DNA of 64,000 nucleotides from contig NC_057718.1 of assembly GCF_004010195.1 (NCBI RefSeq), forward strand, positions 92,350,765 through 92,414,764, written 5' to 3'. The position numbers were made by a program, and so were the translations under genes. The notes under the pieces are model-generated. The model had not been told where the DNA came from. It saw nothing but the letters and a program-made list of their open reading frames with translations, and did no database searches. The stretch is from Chiloscyllium plagiosum. Lineage: Eukaryota. This document shows positions 40,072 to 52,928 of this stretch, in pieces. How positions within the stretch are numbered: position 1 is the first letter of the stretch; each line of letters starts with the position of its first letter.

Positions 40072-42245
40072 TGTTTCATTCGTTCATGAGATGTGGGTGT
40101 TGTTGGCCGGGCTAACAATTGTTACTCACACCTACTTGCCCTTGATCAGGTGGTGGAAAAAGTGAAAACTGCAGATGCTGGAGATCAGAGTCAAAAAGTG
40201 TGGCACTGGAAAAGCACAGCAGGTCAGGCATCATCCAATGAGCAGGAGAGTGAACGTTTTGGGCATAAGCTGTTCATCAGGAATGTGGGGGTAAATGTTG
40301 GTGGGGGGTCAAGGGGGCTGAGAGATAAATGAGAGGGGAGTGAGGTTGGGGGGGAAGGTAGCTTGGAAGGTGATAGATAGGTGAAGGTGGGTGTGATAGG
40401 GTTGAGTGGATAGGTGGAGAGGAAGTTGAACAAGTAGGATAGTTCAAGAGGGTGGTGCTGAGTTGGAAGTTGGATATGGGATAAGGTGGGGGGAGGGGAG
40501 ATGAGGAAACTGGTGAAATTGACATTAATGCCATGTGGTTGGAGGTGCCAAGGTGGAAGGTGCGACGTTCTTCCTCCTCCTCCTTCACAAATATCTCCCA
40601 GCCCGACCTCAAGTTCACTTGGACCATCTCGGACACCTCCCTCCCTTTCTTGGACCTCTCCATCTCCATTCCCGGTGACTGACTCAACACAGACATCTAC
40701 TTCAAATCGATGGACTCCCATGGCTACCTGGATTACACCTCATCCCACCCACCCTCCTGTAAAAATGCTATCTTTAACTCCCAATTTCTCTGCCTCTATC
40801 GCATTTGCCCTCAGGAGGAGTAGTTCCACTCCAGAACATCTTAGATGGCCTCCTGCTTCAATGACCGCAATTTCCCTTCACATGTGGTCAATAATGCCCT
40901 CCAGCACGTCTCCTCCACTTCCCACACCTCCACCCTTGAACCCCACCCCTCCGACTGCAACAAGGATAGAACCCCCTGGTCCTCGCCTTCTACCCATCAA
41001 TCTCCAGATAAAACACATCATCTTCTGCCACCTACAGTCAGATCCCACCACCAGAGATGTATTTCCCTCCCCGCCCCTATTAGCATTCTGCAGAGACCAT
41101 TTCCTCTGCGACTCCCTCATTAGGTCCACGCCCCCCACCAAACCACCCTCCACACCTGATACCTTCCCTTGCCACCACAAGAGGTGCAAGACTTACACCC
41201 ACATCACCTCCCTCACCTCCATCCAAGGCTCCAAAGGATCCTTCCACATCCGGCAGAGATTTTTCTGCATATCCAAACACCTCATCTACTGTGTCCGTTG
41301 CTTCCATGTGGTCTCCTCTACCCTGGAGAGACAACATGCCAAATTGCAGAATGGTTCAGGGAACAACTCCAGGACACATGCACCCAACAACCCACTACCA
41401 TGTGGCCGACCACTTCAATTCCCCAACCCAGTCTGTCAAGGACATGCAAGTCCTGGACCTTCTCCACCGCCATATCCAAGTCACCCGATATTGGAGGAGG
41501 AACGCCTCATCTTCCGCCTTGGGACCCTCCAACCATGCGGCACCAATGTCAATTTCAGCAATTTCCTTATCTCTCCTCCCCCCACCTTATCCCAGATCCA
41601 ACCCTCCAACTCAGCATCGTCCTCTAGAACTGTCCTACTTGTCCATCTTCCTTCGCACCCATCCGCTCCACCCTCCGCTCCAACCTCTCATCATCACCCC
41701 CACCTCCATCGACCTATCACCTTCCAAGCTACCTTCCCATCCTCACCAGCCCTATCCCCTCCCATTTATCTCTCAGCCCCCTTGGGCCCCACCCACATTC
41801 CTGATGGAGGGCTTATGCATGAAACGTCGACTGTCCTGCTCTTCGGATGCTGCCTGACCCGCTGTGCTTTTCCAGCGCCATGCTTTTTCACTTGATCAGG
41901 TGGTGATGAGCTGCGTTTTTGAATCTCTGTAGTCCATGTGCTTTGGGTAGACCTACAATGCTCTTCAGAAGGGAGTTCTAGGATTTTGACCCAGCGACAT
42001 TAACGGACAGTGATACATTTTGATTCAGGAGTGACTCGGAGGGAATCTTGCAGGTGGTGGTGTTCCCATGTATCTGCTGCTCTTGCAAGATGAAAGTAGG
42101 CATAGGTTTGGAAGGTGCTGTCTGCAGTGCTTCTTGAAAATGATGCATGCACTGCTCTGACTGAGCGTCAGTGGTAGAGGGAGTGACTGTTTGTGAATGT
42201 GGTGCCAGTCAAGTGGGCTCCTTTGTCCTGGATAATATCAAGCTA
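40072..42245 (-). mobile_element. LINE 3' fragment (family of 50630-51895), split by the PLE insertion
   Basis: 40072-40155 and 41906-42245 together are the reverse complement of ~51460-51895. Confidence 0.6.
40156..41890 (+). mobile_element. 5'-truncated Neptune-type PLE with inverted terminal arm
   Basis: 40156-~40580 is the reverse complement of the 3' end (~41495-41890). 15-bp TSD cttgatcaggtggtg at 40141-40155 and 41891-41905. PCHHKRCKT linker and HLIYCVRC GIY-YIG remnant. Confidence 0.9.
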
Positions 42246-44372
42246 ACCCATCAGGGAAGATTGAAAAGGCAAGGCTTTTTCTGTAGACAGAAGAAGGTTG
42301 AGTAATGACCTGATAGAAATCTTGAAAATTCTTCAAATGCACGACTGGGTAAACTTATAAACTGCTTTGATTTGTCGGGGAGGCCAGACTAAGAGCACCA
42401 AATAGCAGTAACTAATAAATCTAATGGGGGATTCAAGAGAAATTTCTTTGGCTGTAATATGGAATTTGCTATCGCTTGGAGTAGTTTAGGAAAATAACAC
42501 AGATGCATTTCAGAGGAATCTGTACTTTAGAGATAAAGGAAAAGGAGGTTATGCTGGTAGAGTTGAAAGTAGTAAGATCAGGGAAAACTTGTGAGGAGCA
42601 TAAGTAGTACCTTAGATTATTTATGCCATATGGCATGTGTTGGCTGTATTTTCTGGGAATTTCTTCATGTTGATTTGCCTCATGCTTTAATTATTTTTAC
42701 AAGTTTTCATAAATATCTGTGGCCTAAAGATTGTTTCATGTTTAGTTATTGTAAATGTTTGTCCTTGAAATGTGGATGGCTTTGACATTGCTTCATTTAT
42801 TACTCTTCAAATGGAAAGTTACTGCTTGGCCCTCTGCTTCGTAGCAACTCTTGAGTGCAACCTGATGACTTGCAAGGCTACTTCAGAAGGCATCGAGAGT
42901 TGATCGCATAGTCTGGGACTAGTCACATGAAGTGTTGCACGAATATTTTCTTGAAGGACATTGGTTAATAGTTTAAACTGATGTGATAGCTTTGGTAATT
43001 TTTCTGGTACTTGTCCACAAATTACCAGAATAGTGGATTCTTTTCAAAATTTGCCAGAATAGAATGTGCACTTACCGTCTGCGTTACAGATCAAATTTTA
43101 GATCATTCTATTTACTGATTTTTAATAAAAATTTGTTGCCAGTGAGAGAAGTGCACATCTTTAAAAGAGTGGTGCCTTCAGGTTTATATAATTTTTAGCT
43201 TTAATTTTCATAAACTGGACATTTGTTATCTTTAAAAATGGAGTACATCAATGAGAATAGCCTTAAAATTAAAAATTGAATAAAGTAACTTGCAATAAAA
43301 AGAGCTTCATAATAAAATATGCATTTTAAAGAAACCTAATTTAAGGTAAGCTGTGAAGTAATTTAAAATTTGATGGTTTCCATGTGTAATTATTTACAAT
43401 AGTCGGAATTACAAGTTTGTTTACTGCCTCACAGTAACAATAATGAACAATAACATCAACCTTTATAATAACTGCTGGCTTCTGATCTTTTTCTAGTACA
43501 GAATAATCAAATAAATGATGCAGTTGAAATCCATAGTAGATAATTCCATCAATAAAGGCAGTAAAGCTCTTTTGAATTAAATGACTGTAATGTCTTGTAC
43601 TAACTTGAAGCACATTGCCAAAAGTAGTCACTTGTGAATGTGTGCGTGAACCCTTAGTTAGTTGATAATGTTATAAGTAAAATGGCACCAACTGTATATT
43701 ATTCAGAGAAGTTGCATTGCTGGCAGCACACTTGTCCCTTAGGCTGCAGCATTCATTAGGAAAAGCTGACTCGGTTGAAGCTGGAAAGAGATGATAACAT
43801 GTTATGATTTTCATATTTAATACATTCCTTGGAAGAGAGTGTGTGCTGCAGATTGATAGAAGAATCAACTGCTAGTTTTCGTGAAAGACTTTCTACCGTG
43901 CCCTACAGCTAAAGATGGAATCACTCAGCCAAGAAATTAACTTTTCGTCTTTTACCTGCCTTCAAATCAACTGGGTTGGTTCTATAGCAACCAGTGAACA
44001 CTATTATGTATTTAACTGTTTTGTATTTAAGACTCTTATCAGAAAAGAAACAGAACCTGTGCTATTTGTTGTTGGGAAGATGGTTATTTTTTTCTACTTC
44101 AGTGCATGGGTAGGGGGATTAATCAGAATTTGCTTGGGTTTATTTTAAGAATAAAAGAGTTAAACATAGATGTGAAAAGACCTTTTTAGAACTGTGTTAC
44201 GAAAGCTATCCAGTTATTTTTTTTTAGGGACTAAGTTGACTAAATTAACCTGTGTAGTCTCCGTAGTGATGGTCAGGGCATCTTTGTACTGTGATACCTA
44301 CAATAAAATGATGGTAATTTTGATCAAAATTGAAAGTAAACCCAACTTGTGGAAGATTTGTTCAATATAAAT

Positions 44373-45980
44373 AGAACTATGGAGTCAAACAGCACAGAAA
44401 CAGACCCTTCGGTCCAACCAGTCCATGCAGACCATAATGCCAAAGTAAATTAGTCCCATTTGCCTGTGCTTGGCCTACATCCTTTCAATAATTTTTTTAT
44501 TCATGTACTTACACTTATAATATTTATAAGACATACAGGTATCTGCATCCACCACTTCCTCTGGAACTTCATTCCACATACAAGTCACACTCTGCATAAA
44601 ATAAATTTTCCCTCATGTCTTTTGTTTTAAATCTCTCTCCTCTCCCCTCAAAAATATGCCCACAGTCTTGAAATACTCCACACTAGGGAAAAGGCACTTG
44701 CCATTCATTTTATCTATACCCCTCATTACTTTATAAACCTCTACAAGGTTACCTTTCAACCTCCTACGCTCCAGTGGAAAAAATCTGAGCCCATTCAGTC
44801 TCTTCTTACAACTTGAACTTGCCATTCCTGCCAACATCATGGTAAATCTCTTCCGAACTCTCTCCAACCTAAGAATATCTTTTCTGTATCAGGGAGACCA
44901 GAACTGGAGCCAGTACTCCAAAAGAGATCTGATCAACATCCGTACAACCCCAACATAACACCCCAACTCCTATAATCAAACATCTGAGCAATGAAGACAA
45001 GCATGCTAAACACCTTCTGAACAACCCTATCTAAATGTCATGCAAACTTCAAAGAATTATGTACCTGAATCTCTAGGTGTCTCTGTTCTACAACACTACT
45101 TTTAATTTTATAAGTCTTGCATTTTGGCAAAACAAACACAATACCTCTCATTTATCCAAATTAAACTCCACCTGCCACTGTTCAGCCCACTGATCAAGAT
45201 CTCTTTGTAATCTTTGCTGTCCACTGTACCGCCAGTCTTGGTGTCATCCGCAAACTTGCTAACCATGCTTTCTATATTCTCATCTAAATCATTTATACAA
45301 ATGATCAATATTAGTGGACTCAGCCTGTGAAATACAGCTGGTCACCGGCATCACAACAACCCTCCACCATCACACTGTGTATCCTGCCGATAATCCAATT
45401 GGCAAACTCACCTGAATCCCATGTGACCTATCTTTACTAATTCGTCGACCATGTGGAACCTTGTCAAAAGCTTTACTAAAGTCCAAGTAAATGTCTACCG
45501 CTCTGCCCTCATCAATCTTCTTCGTCACTTACTCAAAAAAATCAATCAAATTTGTGAGACACATTTCCTTCACACACAACCACGCTGACTATCCCTAAGC
45601 ATTCCTTGCCTCTTCAAAGACACATAAATCCTATCTTTCAGAATCACTTCCAACAACTTACCCAACACCCAAGAAAGGCACAACATTATCCTCTCTTGTT
45701 TGGCACCTCACCCGTACATATACATGATACAAATATTTCTGCAAGGGGGCCTGCAATGTCCTCCGTAACTTCCCACAAAATCCTGGGATGCACCAGGTCA
45801 GGTCCTGGAGATTTATTCCCTTTATATTTTCTAAGACCTCCAGCATTTCCTCTTTGTAATGTGAACTGTTGTCAAAACATCAGTATTTATTTCACTGAGT
45901 TCTCGTCTCCATTTCTTTCTTCGCAGTAAAGCTGACAAAATATTTGTTTTAATATTTCTCCCATCTCCTGAGGTTCAACA
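44373..45980 (-). mobile_element. CR1/HER1 LINE ORF2 pseudogene fragment
   Basis: INDLDENIESMVSKFADDTK and ERVRKRFTMML..LERRRLKGNL. The 3' tail is at the left end. Confidence 0.88.
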
Positions 45981-48900
45981 CAAATATGAAACAAGATAAC
46001 TCTGAAATCATAATTAAAAATTATAGTCTGGCAAAAAGAGAAATCAGGATGCAAAGAGGTGGAGTTGATAAATGTTTCCTTTGGTTAGTGTAATTTAGGA
46101 GGGTTTGTCAAGTCAGTGTTTTTATGTAGAATCTTAAAGAAGAAGAGGAAGGCAGCCAGATTACTTTTTTGCAAGACTAGCTGTGATTTTAATAATCGAT
46201 TTCAGAGTTATCTTGTTTTGCTCCCACTTTACATCTTTTTACTGGGGCAAAGTTCTCACAAAAGAGATCTCCTCCCTGCACTCCAACAACCTCCCTTCAG
46301 AGCTGATGCCTGTAACTGGGGAAATATCCCAGTCACAGTTGACAACGTGACAGATTCTAGGAAAAGAATTGTTTTTTGTCTCCTTATTTACCCAACACAT
46401 TTCAGCTTTTTAAAAATTCAAAACTCTGATTATTGTGGATATCCAAGAATGTAGAATTGAGGTTAAATTCAGATCAGCCACAATCTTATTGAATAGTGGA
46501 ACAGGCACGATTGGCAACCTTTTGTTATTTGATTGTAAGTTCAACTGTGAACTTCTGATCTACCAATAATTTTATGCCAATTCTATATTTTCTTCTAATT
46601 TTTATGTCACTTCAGTTGTTGGCAGCTTTCCAGCTGTACTGCCAACCTGCCCCTTTTTGAGCTCCCTAATGATGCCTGTCTTATTTCTGCCTGTCCTTTT
46701 TAGACAATGCTGACTTCGGAGCTCTTTCCTTTCCTCCTGGTCTACTGGCTTTCTCGCTAATCCTGGATCCTAATTATAGAATCTGTCCCTGAATTGTCTG
46801 CTCTTGCTAGTGGTCCTGTTTGAGTTGCCAGTTATTGTCCTGTGCCCAATTCCTCTGTTCACTTGCTGGCTTTTCTCAGGATACGTGGTAACAGGGCTAC
46901 TTATCTTCATCTTCTCTGATTTACCCCGGTTGCAACAAGTCTTACAACCCATTTGATGAGAAACTGATTATAAATTAGCTTCAAGAAAGTAGCTGCTGCC
47001 CATGACAATTACGTTGGTCATTAATACATTACTACTAATACTAGTCTGATACATTGGCCGGTCCTCCTGATATGTGTGACTGAACTGAGCACTGTCCAAG
47101 CCAAAAAGCTGGAAAATGATCAATTAAGGTGTCAAAATAAATAAGACACATGGGAGCACGTTGCTTGAGCCTCCTTTAAAAATCCTCTACATTATGTACA
47201 TTGTTCCTACTTCTACAGTGTCACTGTTTCTATGTTCACTCTGTATAAGCACTCAGTTGAAAGTGCAGCCACAGTTTAAATGTAATATTGTCAAGCAATC
47301 CTATTTTATTTGATCTGGATTCATTACTAATTCTTATTCTATTGCTGTTAAATTGTGCAATTTCGGTGCCAAAATGTAGCTGGGACTATCTAGCAAGGTG
47401 ATTCTGATGATTTGTGTGATTAAACTTGCATTTGATTACCAGGAAATGTTTTATTCTGTAAGTATTTTAATAGCTAATGAAATTTGTATCCTAAATGTGT
47501 AGGTGTAAACTGGGTTAGAGAAGTGTTTCACCTCTGTTCTTTCCTACAATAATATTAAAATTGGCACTAATTTTTCTTTCATTGATCAATAAATACTAAT
47601 CTCACATCAGTGCTCTGATCTTTGTGATTACTAAAGTAATGAATAATGCAATTTTCAATTCTTGGGGTCTGAACATCATACATCAATATAGAAACTTGTA
47701 TTAGCATGTACCCATGCATGAATAGTTCTGTCTTTTCAAAAAGTGCTAAATATTAAAACCTATTCAAGTCTGTTATTCTTCTGACGAAAGGAAGTTTTTA
47801 AAATCTCTATTATAAATCTGGCATTGTCGTTTCATCTGTTGATTGCTTCTCACTTGATCAAAAATTCACAAAGGTAACATTGTTAGGAAGGAAAATCCCA
47901 TTTCTCCACTTGACAATGGGAGTTTTTCCAGAGAATGTAATTTATTGATTGTTCTTTGTTTCAAGAGTTTACACGTTAAAGCAACTTATGCCAGATGTAA
48001 TGCACCTTCATTGATGCTTTTTGATATATCATAGATATGGCATTATATCATGAGAACCATTTTATTTTCAGAAAAAATGTTTTCAGCATAACAGTTCTGA
48101 ATAGAAATTATAGAAGATGCAGTACAATACCTGCAGCTGCTCTGGAACCACTAAAAGCATCATTATACCCAATATACTTGGTCTTTGCTTACTTTTTGTC
48201 AGATGTTTTTCAATTATATAATAAAAATTGGTACATGTGCACTAAATATGTTAACTTTGAATATTAGCTAAAGGTTGGGGAATTAGGTGTTATCTAAATT
48301 AGTCACATTGGATGGAATGTTCAAACCTTTGAATGACATGGGCAATAATAAGACAGTTGGGGAAATATGCGGTAATTGGAGAAACGAGATTCTTAATGAC
48401 AAAAAAGAAATTTCTGATTCTGTAACTAAGTTTTGAATGACGAGACTAGAATCTTACTAGTGAGTGGAGAGATGTATTTGCATACAATTAATATCTAATC
48501 TTGCCTTATTAAAATGCAGTTTGCTATTTCCCCAGACACCTGATTTAAAAATTACATAACAACAATTCCCAACATGAAAGTCAAAGCAGGTACCTGGCAA
48601 CTCCAACTTGCTACTTGCTTCTTCCAGCCTCCATCTTAGACATCAGTCCCTAACATCTCAAATTATATTTCGTCGATAGCGGCTCCCCACACTCTGACTA
48701 CAGAGGTTGGTGTTGGCCATGTATCATCATGGCCCATCTCTGACCCACTTAGAATACAACTCTCCACATCAGTGTTATGTTTTGGAGCATACCTTCATTG
48801 TCATGCTGCTGCCAGAAAACTTTGCCTGCAGCCAAGTACACACACCATGGATTGGACCAGCATATATCTGAAGGCTTCTTGCTTGCTGTGTTCATGTATA

Positions 48901-50629
48901 CCTGAATTCGCTTTTCACCCACCTGAATACTCAAATTCTTTCTGTCTTGCCTTACTGTTTAGTGCCGACACAAAGCCAGACAGATTTTAATGGTTACTGG
49001 TCATGATCTCTTAGGGTGCCCATTGTTGTAAGGCAGCTCTATCAATCTCGCATATGCAACATGTGCCAGCAGTTTACATGAAAAACACAGTGCATTTGCT
49101 TCAATCAAATGGCCGTATCTCAAAGACTAAGGGGAGTAGTCCTCAGTCAAGGGCTATCGACACAAAGTCAAGGACATCATTGACCAAAATCTAATGGGCT
49201 TAGATATGATAAGTTGGCCACTTGGTGCATCCAAGATCACTATAGACTGGAGAGTGGGTCACAATCAATCCTCTAAGTACAGTTAATCCAGTCTGGAGCT
49301 TTGCAGTAATTCAGTCGGAGAGCTGCACAGATGTCAATTAGCGATCTGGTCAGTCAGGGCTCTCCAGATCTGTGGGATAATAAGTGATCCATGATCATGG
49401 TCAGTCTAGTGATTTATCCATTGAAAGTCATGGGGAGGCTTATTAGGGGCCAGTGTAAGGGCAAGAATGCTGAGGTAAATCATTTGTTTGGATTGGAGGC
49501 AGCATGCTAGGATGCAGAGGGGACAATAATTGTGAAGGGGGATAACCAAGCATTTAACTGAGGCAGACGAAACAAGGCAAGGAGTACTGCAGTGGAGGTG
49601 TGTTATCAATGACTGCCATCACCCTGGCCTTGGGTAAAGTGGAAAGATGGGTATGCAAATAAATGAGTTGGGTGGGAATATGTGGGAAAATTAAAAACAA
49701 TGGGGCTGACATGGAAGGTCATCTGGACTGACAGGCTGAGTCTGCAATTCATTCTGTAAGCTTGACTTTAGTAAGTTGCCTTTCATCCCCATCCAAATCA
49801 CAGTTGTGCAATGGCAATGAAAATAGCTGCCCCCATATCTGGAGTGTGCAGAGTTAATGTTACATTCTGTGTTGGAGGGCATCCACTTTATATGACGTGA
49901 GGCCCTTTAAAGGACAAGAGCATTAAACAGATGCCCACACAGCCCCATAATATTGACCTCTATTATGTTGACTGAAATCCCTGGCCATAAGCACTCTTGA
50001 CCATATCATTGAACATTTACAAATTGATCCTATTAATTACGATGAGGCATAAGTAATGTCTGACAGGCTGGAAAGATGCACCCAACTTATCAGAGTGGGA
50101 ATCTCTTTCCAAAGTTCCAAAGCTTGCATAAGCGACAGGGACTTTTCATTTCATGCACTGTAACATAAAATGTCCATTTCATTACCTTATATGCAATTGT
50201 TCCTTTCCTGGGTGCAATGGGGTGGGGGCTGATGTCCTCATTACTACTGCCACTTGTGGATTCTGTATTGGTATCTTTAGCAACAGATGTCTGAATCAGG
50301 GCCATGATGTGCAATATTGGTGTCGAGGCACCTCCCTTGTTGGGTTCGCCAAGTCACAATGTTTTTAGGACACGATTCAAATGTTACTTGCATGCTATTA
50401 ATGCTGAATAATCACATTGCTGAGAAGCTGATTCGCTTCCAATTTTGCCCACAAGACTCACTGGAATTAATCCCAATGAATCAAGGCACTGAACCTGTGG
50501 TCATTCCTATGCCAGCTGCAGAATGAATGGAAAAAGAGAAAAGTACCTACAAGCTAGGACCAGTATCAGCCTCCAGTGGATGCAGAGCAGACGCGCTGCA
50601 GGGTTTGCAGCCATAAGTGGCCTCATGAT

Positions 50630-51895
50630 GTGGCAAAGATCAAGGCTGCATTCAACCGAATGTGGCATCAAAGAGCCCAATCAAAACTGAAATCAATGGG
50701 TATGAGGAGGCAAACTCTTTGCTGGTTGAAATCAAAGCTGAGACATAGGAAGATGGTTGTGGTTGTTGAAGGTCAGTCATTTCAGCTCCAGGAATCTCTG
50801 AGGAATTCCTCAGGATAGTCTCTGAGGCCTAAACATTTTCAGCTGCTTCTTCAATAACCTACCCTCCATCATACTATAGGAAGGATGTGGAGGCATTGGA
50901 ACGGGTGCAGAGGCAGGAATCTCTGAGGAATTCCTCAGGATAGTCTCTGAGGCCTAAACATTTTCAGCTGCTTCTTCAATAACCTACCCTCCATCATAAA
51001 GTCAGAAGTGGGGAAGTTCATCAATGTTTGCATAGTTCTCAGCACCATCTGCAACTCCTTGGACACTGAAGCAGCCCATGTCCAAATGCAACAAGATCTG
51101 GACAACATCCAGCTTGGGCTGATGTGTGGCAAGTAACAATCATGCCGCACAAATGTCAGGCTATGGCCGTTAACAATAAGAGACCATCTAACCACCGCCC
51201 CTTGACAGTCAATGGTGTTACCATCACTGAGTCCCACACTACCAACATCCTGGGGATTATCATTGCCCAGAAACTCAACTGGACCAAATGCATAAACACA
51301 GTGGCTATAAGAGTAGGTTAGAGGCTAGGAGAGTGGCAAGTAACACACCTCCTGATTCCCCAACCCATGTCCACCATCTACAATTCACAAGTCAGGAATG
51401 TAATGGAATACTCCCCACTTACCTGGAGGAGTGCATCCCTAACAACACTCAAGAAGCTACATCAGGACAAAGCAGCCCACTTGATTGGCACCACATCCAC
51501 AAGCATCCACTCCCTCTACCACTGATGCCCAGTAGCAGTTTTGAGTACTATTTACAAGATGCACTGCAGAAATCACCAAAGAACTTCACAGCATCTTCCA
51601 ACCCCTCACCACTTACATCTAGAAGGACAAAGGCAGCAGGTATATAGGAACATCACCACCTTTAAGTTCCCCTCCAAGCCACTCATCATCCTGACTTGGA
51701 AATGTTTCACTATTCCTTCACTTTGCTTGGTCAAAACTGTGGAATTCCCTCCCAAACAGCATTGTGGGTCAACCTACAGCAGGTGGATTGCAGTGGTACA
51801 GGAAGACAGCTCACCACCATCTTCTAAAGGACAACTAAGAATGGGCAATAAATACAGGCAGCCAGCAACACCCACATCCCACAAATGAATTTAAA
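50630..51895 (+). mobile_element. Non-LTR retrotransposon RT and 3' end (CR1/L2/Jockey-group family)
   Basis: IKAAFNRMWHQ (DIxxAFDRVWH-like), ILGIIIAQKLNWT, tail ending aatgaattt. Homologous to 63040-64000. Confidence 0.75.
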
Positions 51896-52302
51896 AAAGA
51901 AGATACAGGAAAACTACAATCACTTGCCTGGTATCCAATAGTCATCTGAGTGCCTGTGACCTGGGGCATTTTGTCTTCAACCAGCTGCAGAGATGTGGCA
52001 GTGATGTACTCACCAGAATGTGCTCCCATCTCGAATCTAACCAACATATAGCTGTAGAGGTGTCAGTATCTGAGGTGCAGCAGGCAGACTTACTGGAACC
52101 TCAAATGAAGAATCTGTAGCTTCCTCCTCAAAGGTGGTGGAGGCAGTGCGTCTCCTCAGATATCTTCAGAGTGGAGACTGTCGAAGCTGCAGAATACAAC
52201 AGAGAATGAATTGTGAAATAGGATTAGAAGTATAGGTATGTTAATAATTTATACACTGTAGTGGTAATGGGAAAGCAGCACAGCAATGGATATAAATCTT
52301 AC

Positions 52303-52928
52303 TTGGTTGCCTGGGTATGGAGCCTCTCTCTTTCTTCGTTAAGGCAAGATTTGCTCTTTATATTGGAGGAAGAGGTGGATATCAGGCAGTCAGCCTCCGT
52401 CTTGATGCTGTCTGTCCTGTTGTGGACTTCTTTCTCCTGGAATAAGGCAAAATGAGGGATTGAATGAGATAAATATGCTGGCACGTTTATTAGTGCTGGT
52501 TCATGTATAAGAAAATTATTGAGGTGTCCTGAGTGAGTGACTAGCAGTGTAGAGAGAGCATGCAGTGTTTGTAGTCTGGTGGGTGAGAGGAAGTAAAGGA
52601 AGATGTTGCATAAAGTAATGAGAGTAGTTTACCTTGAATCTTTGTAGGAAGTGGGTGCAAGAATGACATTAGAGTGAGTAAGAGGTAGCAGAGAGAAGAT
52701 GGTAGCACTTACCCTCATAGAGTGCAGAAAGTAATTTCCCAGCTTTTTGCACTGCTAGGTACTCATACAAACCATGAAAATCTCAAATACTCGGGTGTTA
52801 ACTAAACAACCAGGCCGTCGGGGTCTGGTGCCTGGTTTCTTCTGGTGGTTCTGATGAAAGAGGATGGCTGTACTCTGCACCACCCCATCCAGGGCCTCCA
52901 GGTGTCTCTCAGCAAAGTGGTGTGCCAT
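52303..52928 (-). pseudogene. Decayed Harbinger/PIF-type Myb/SANT DNA-binding gene with a retained intron
   Basis: Exon 52928-52713 reads MAHHFAERHLEAL..AILF...ST*QCKKLGNYFLHSMR then gtaagt. Acceptor ttccag, then exon 52436-52303 EKEVHNRTDSIKTE.. then gtaaga. Resembles RF..LE.L / QCRKK.NDL / EK.AHN...KTGGG Myb_DNA-bind_5-type proteins. Confidence 0.55.

Noticed and set aside
40486..41895. 469-aa ORF
   Set aside because: It crosses the inversion junction of a C-rich PLE and shifts between true and off-frame PLE sequence. Stop codons are scarce because of composition; it is not a gene.
50789..50998. CRISPR-like repeat-spacer-repeat
   Set aside because: Only two 85-bp units inside a vertebrate LINE, the spacer is CR1-derived, and there are no cas genes.
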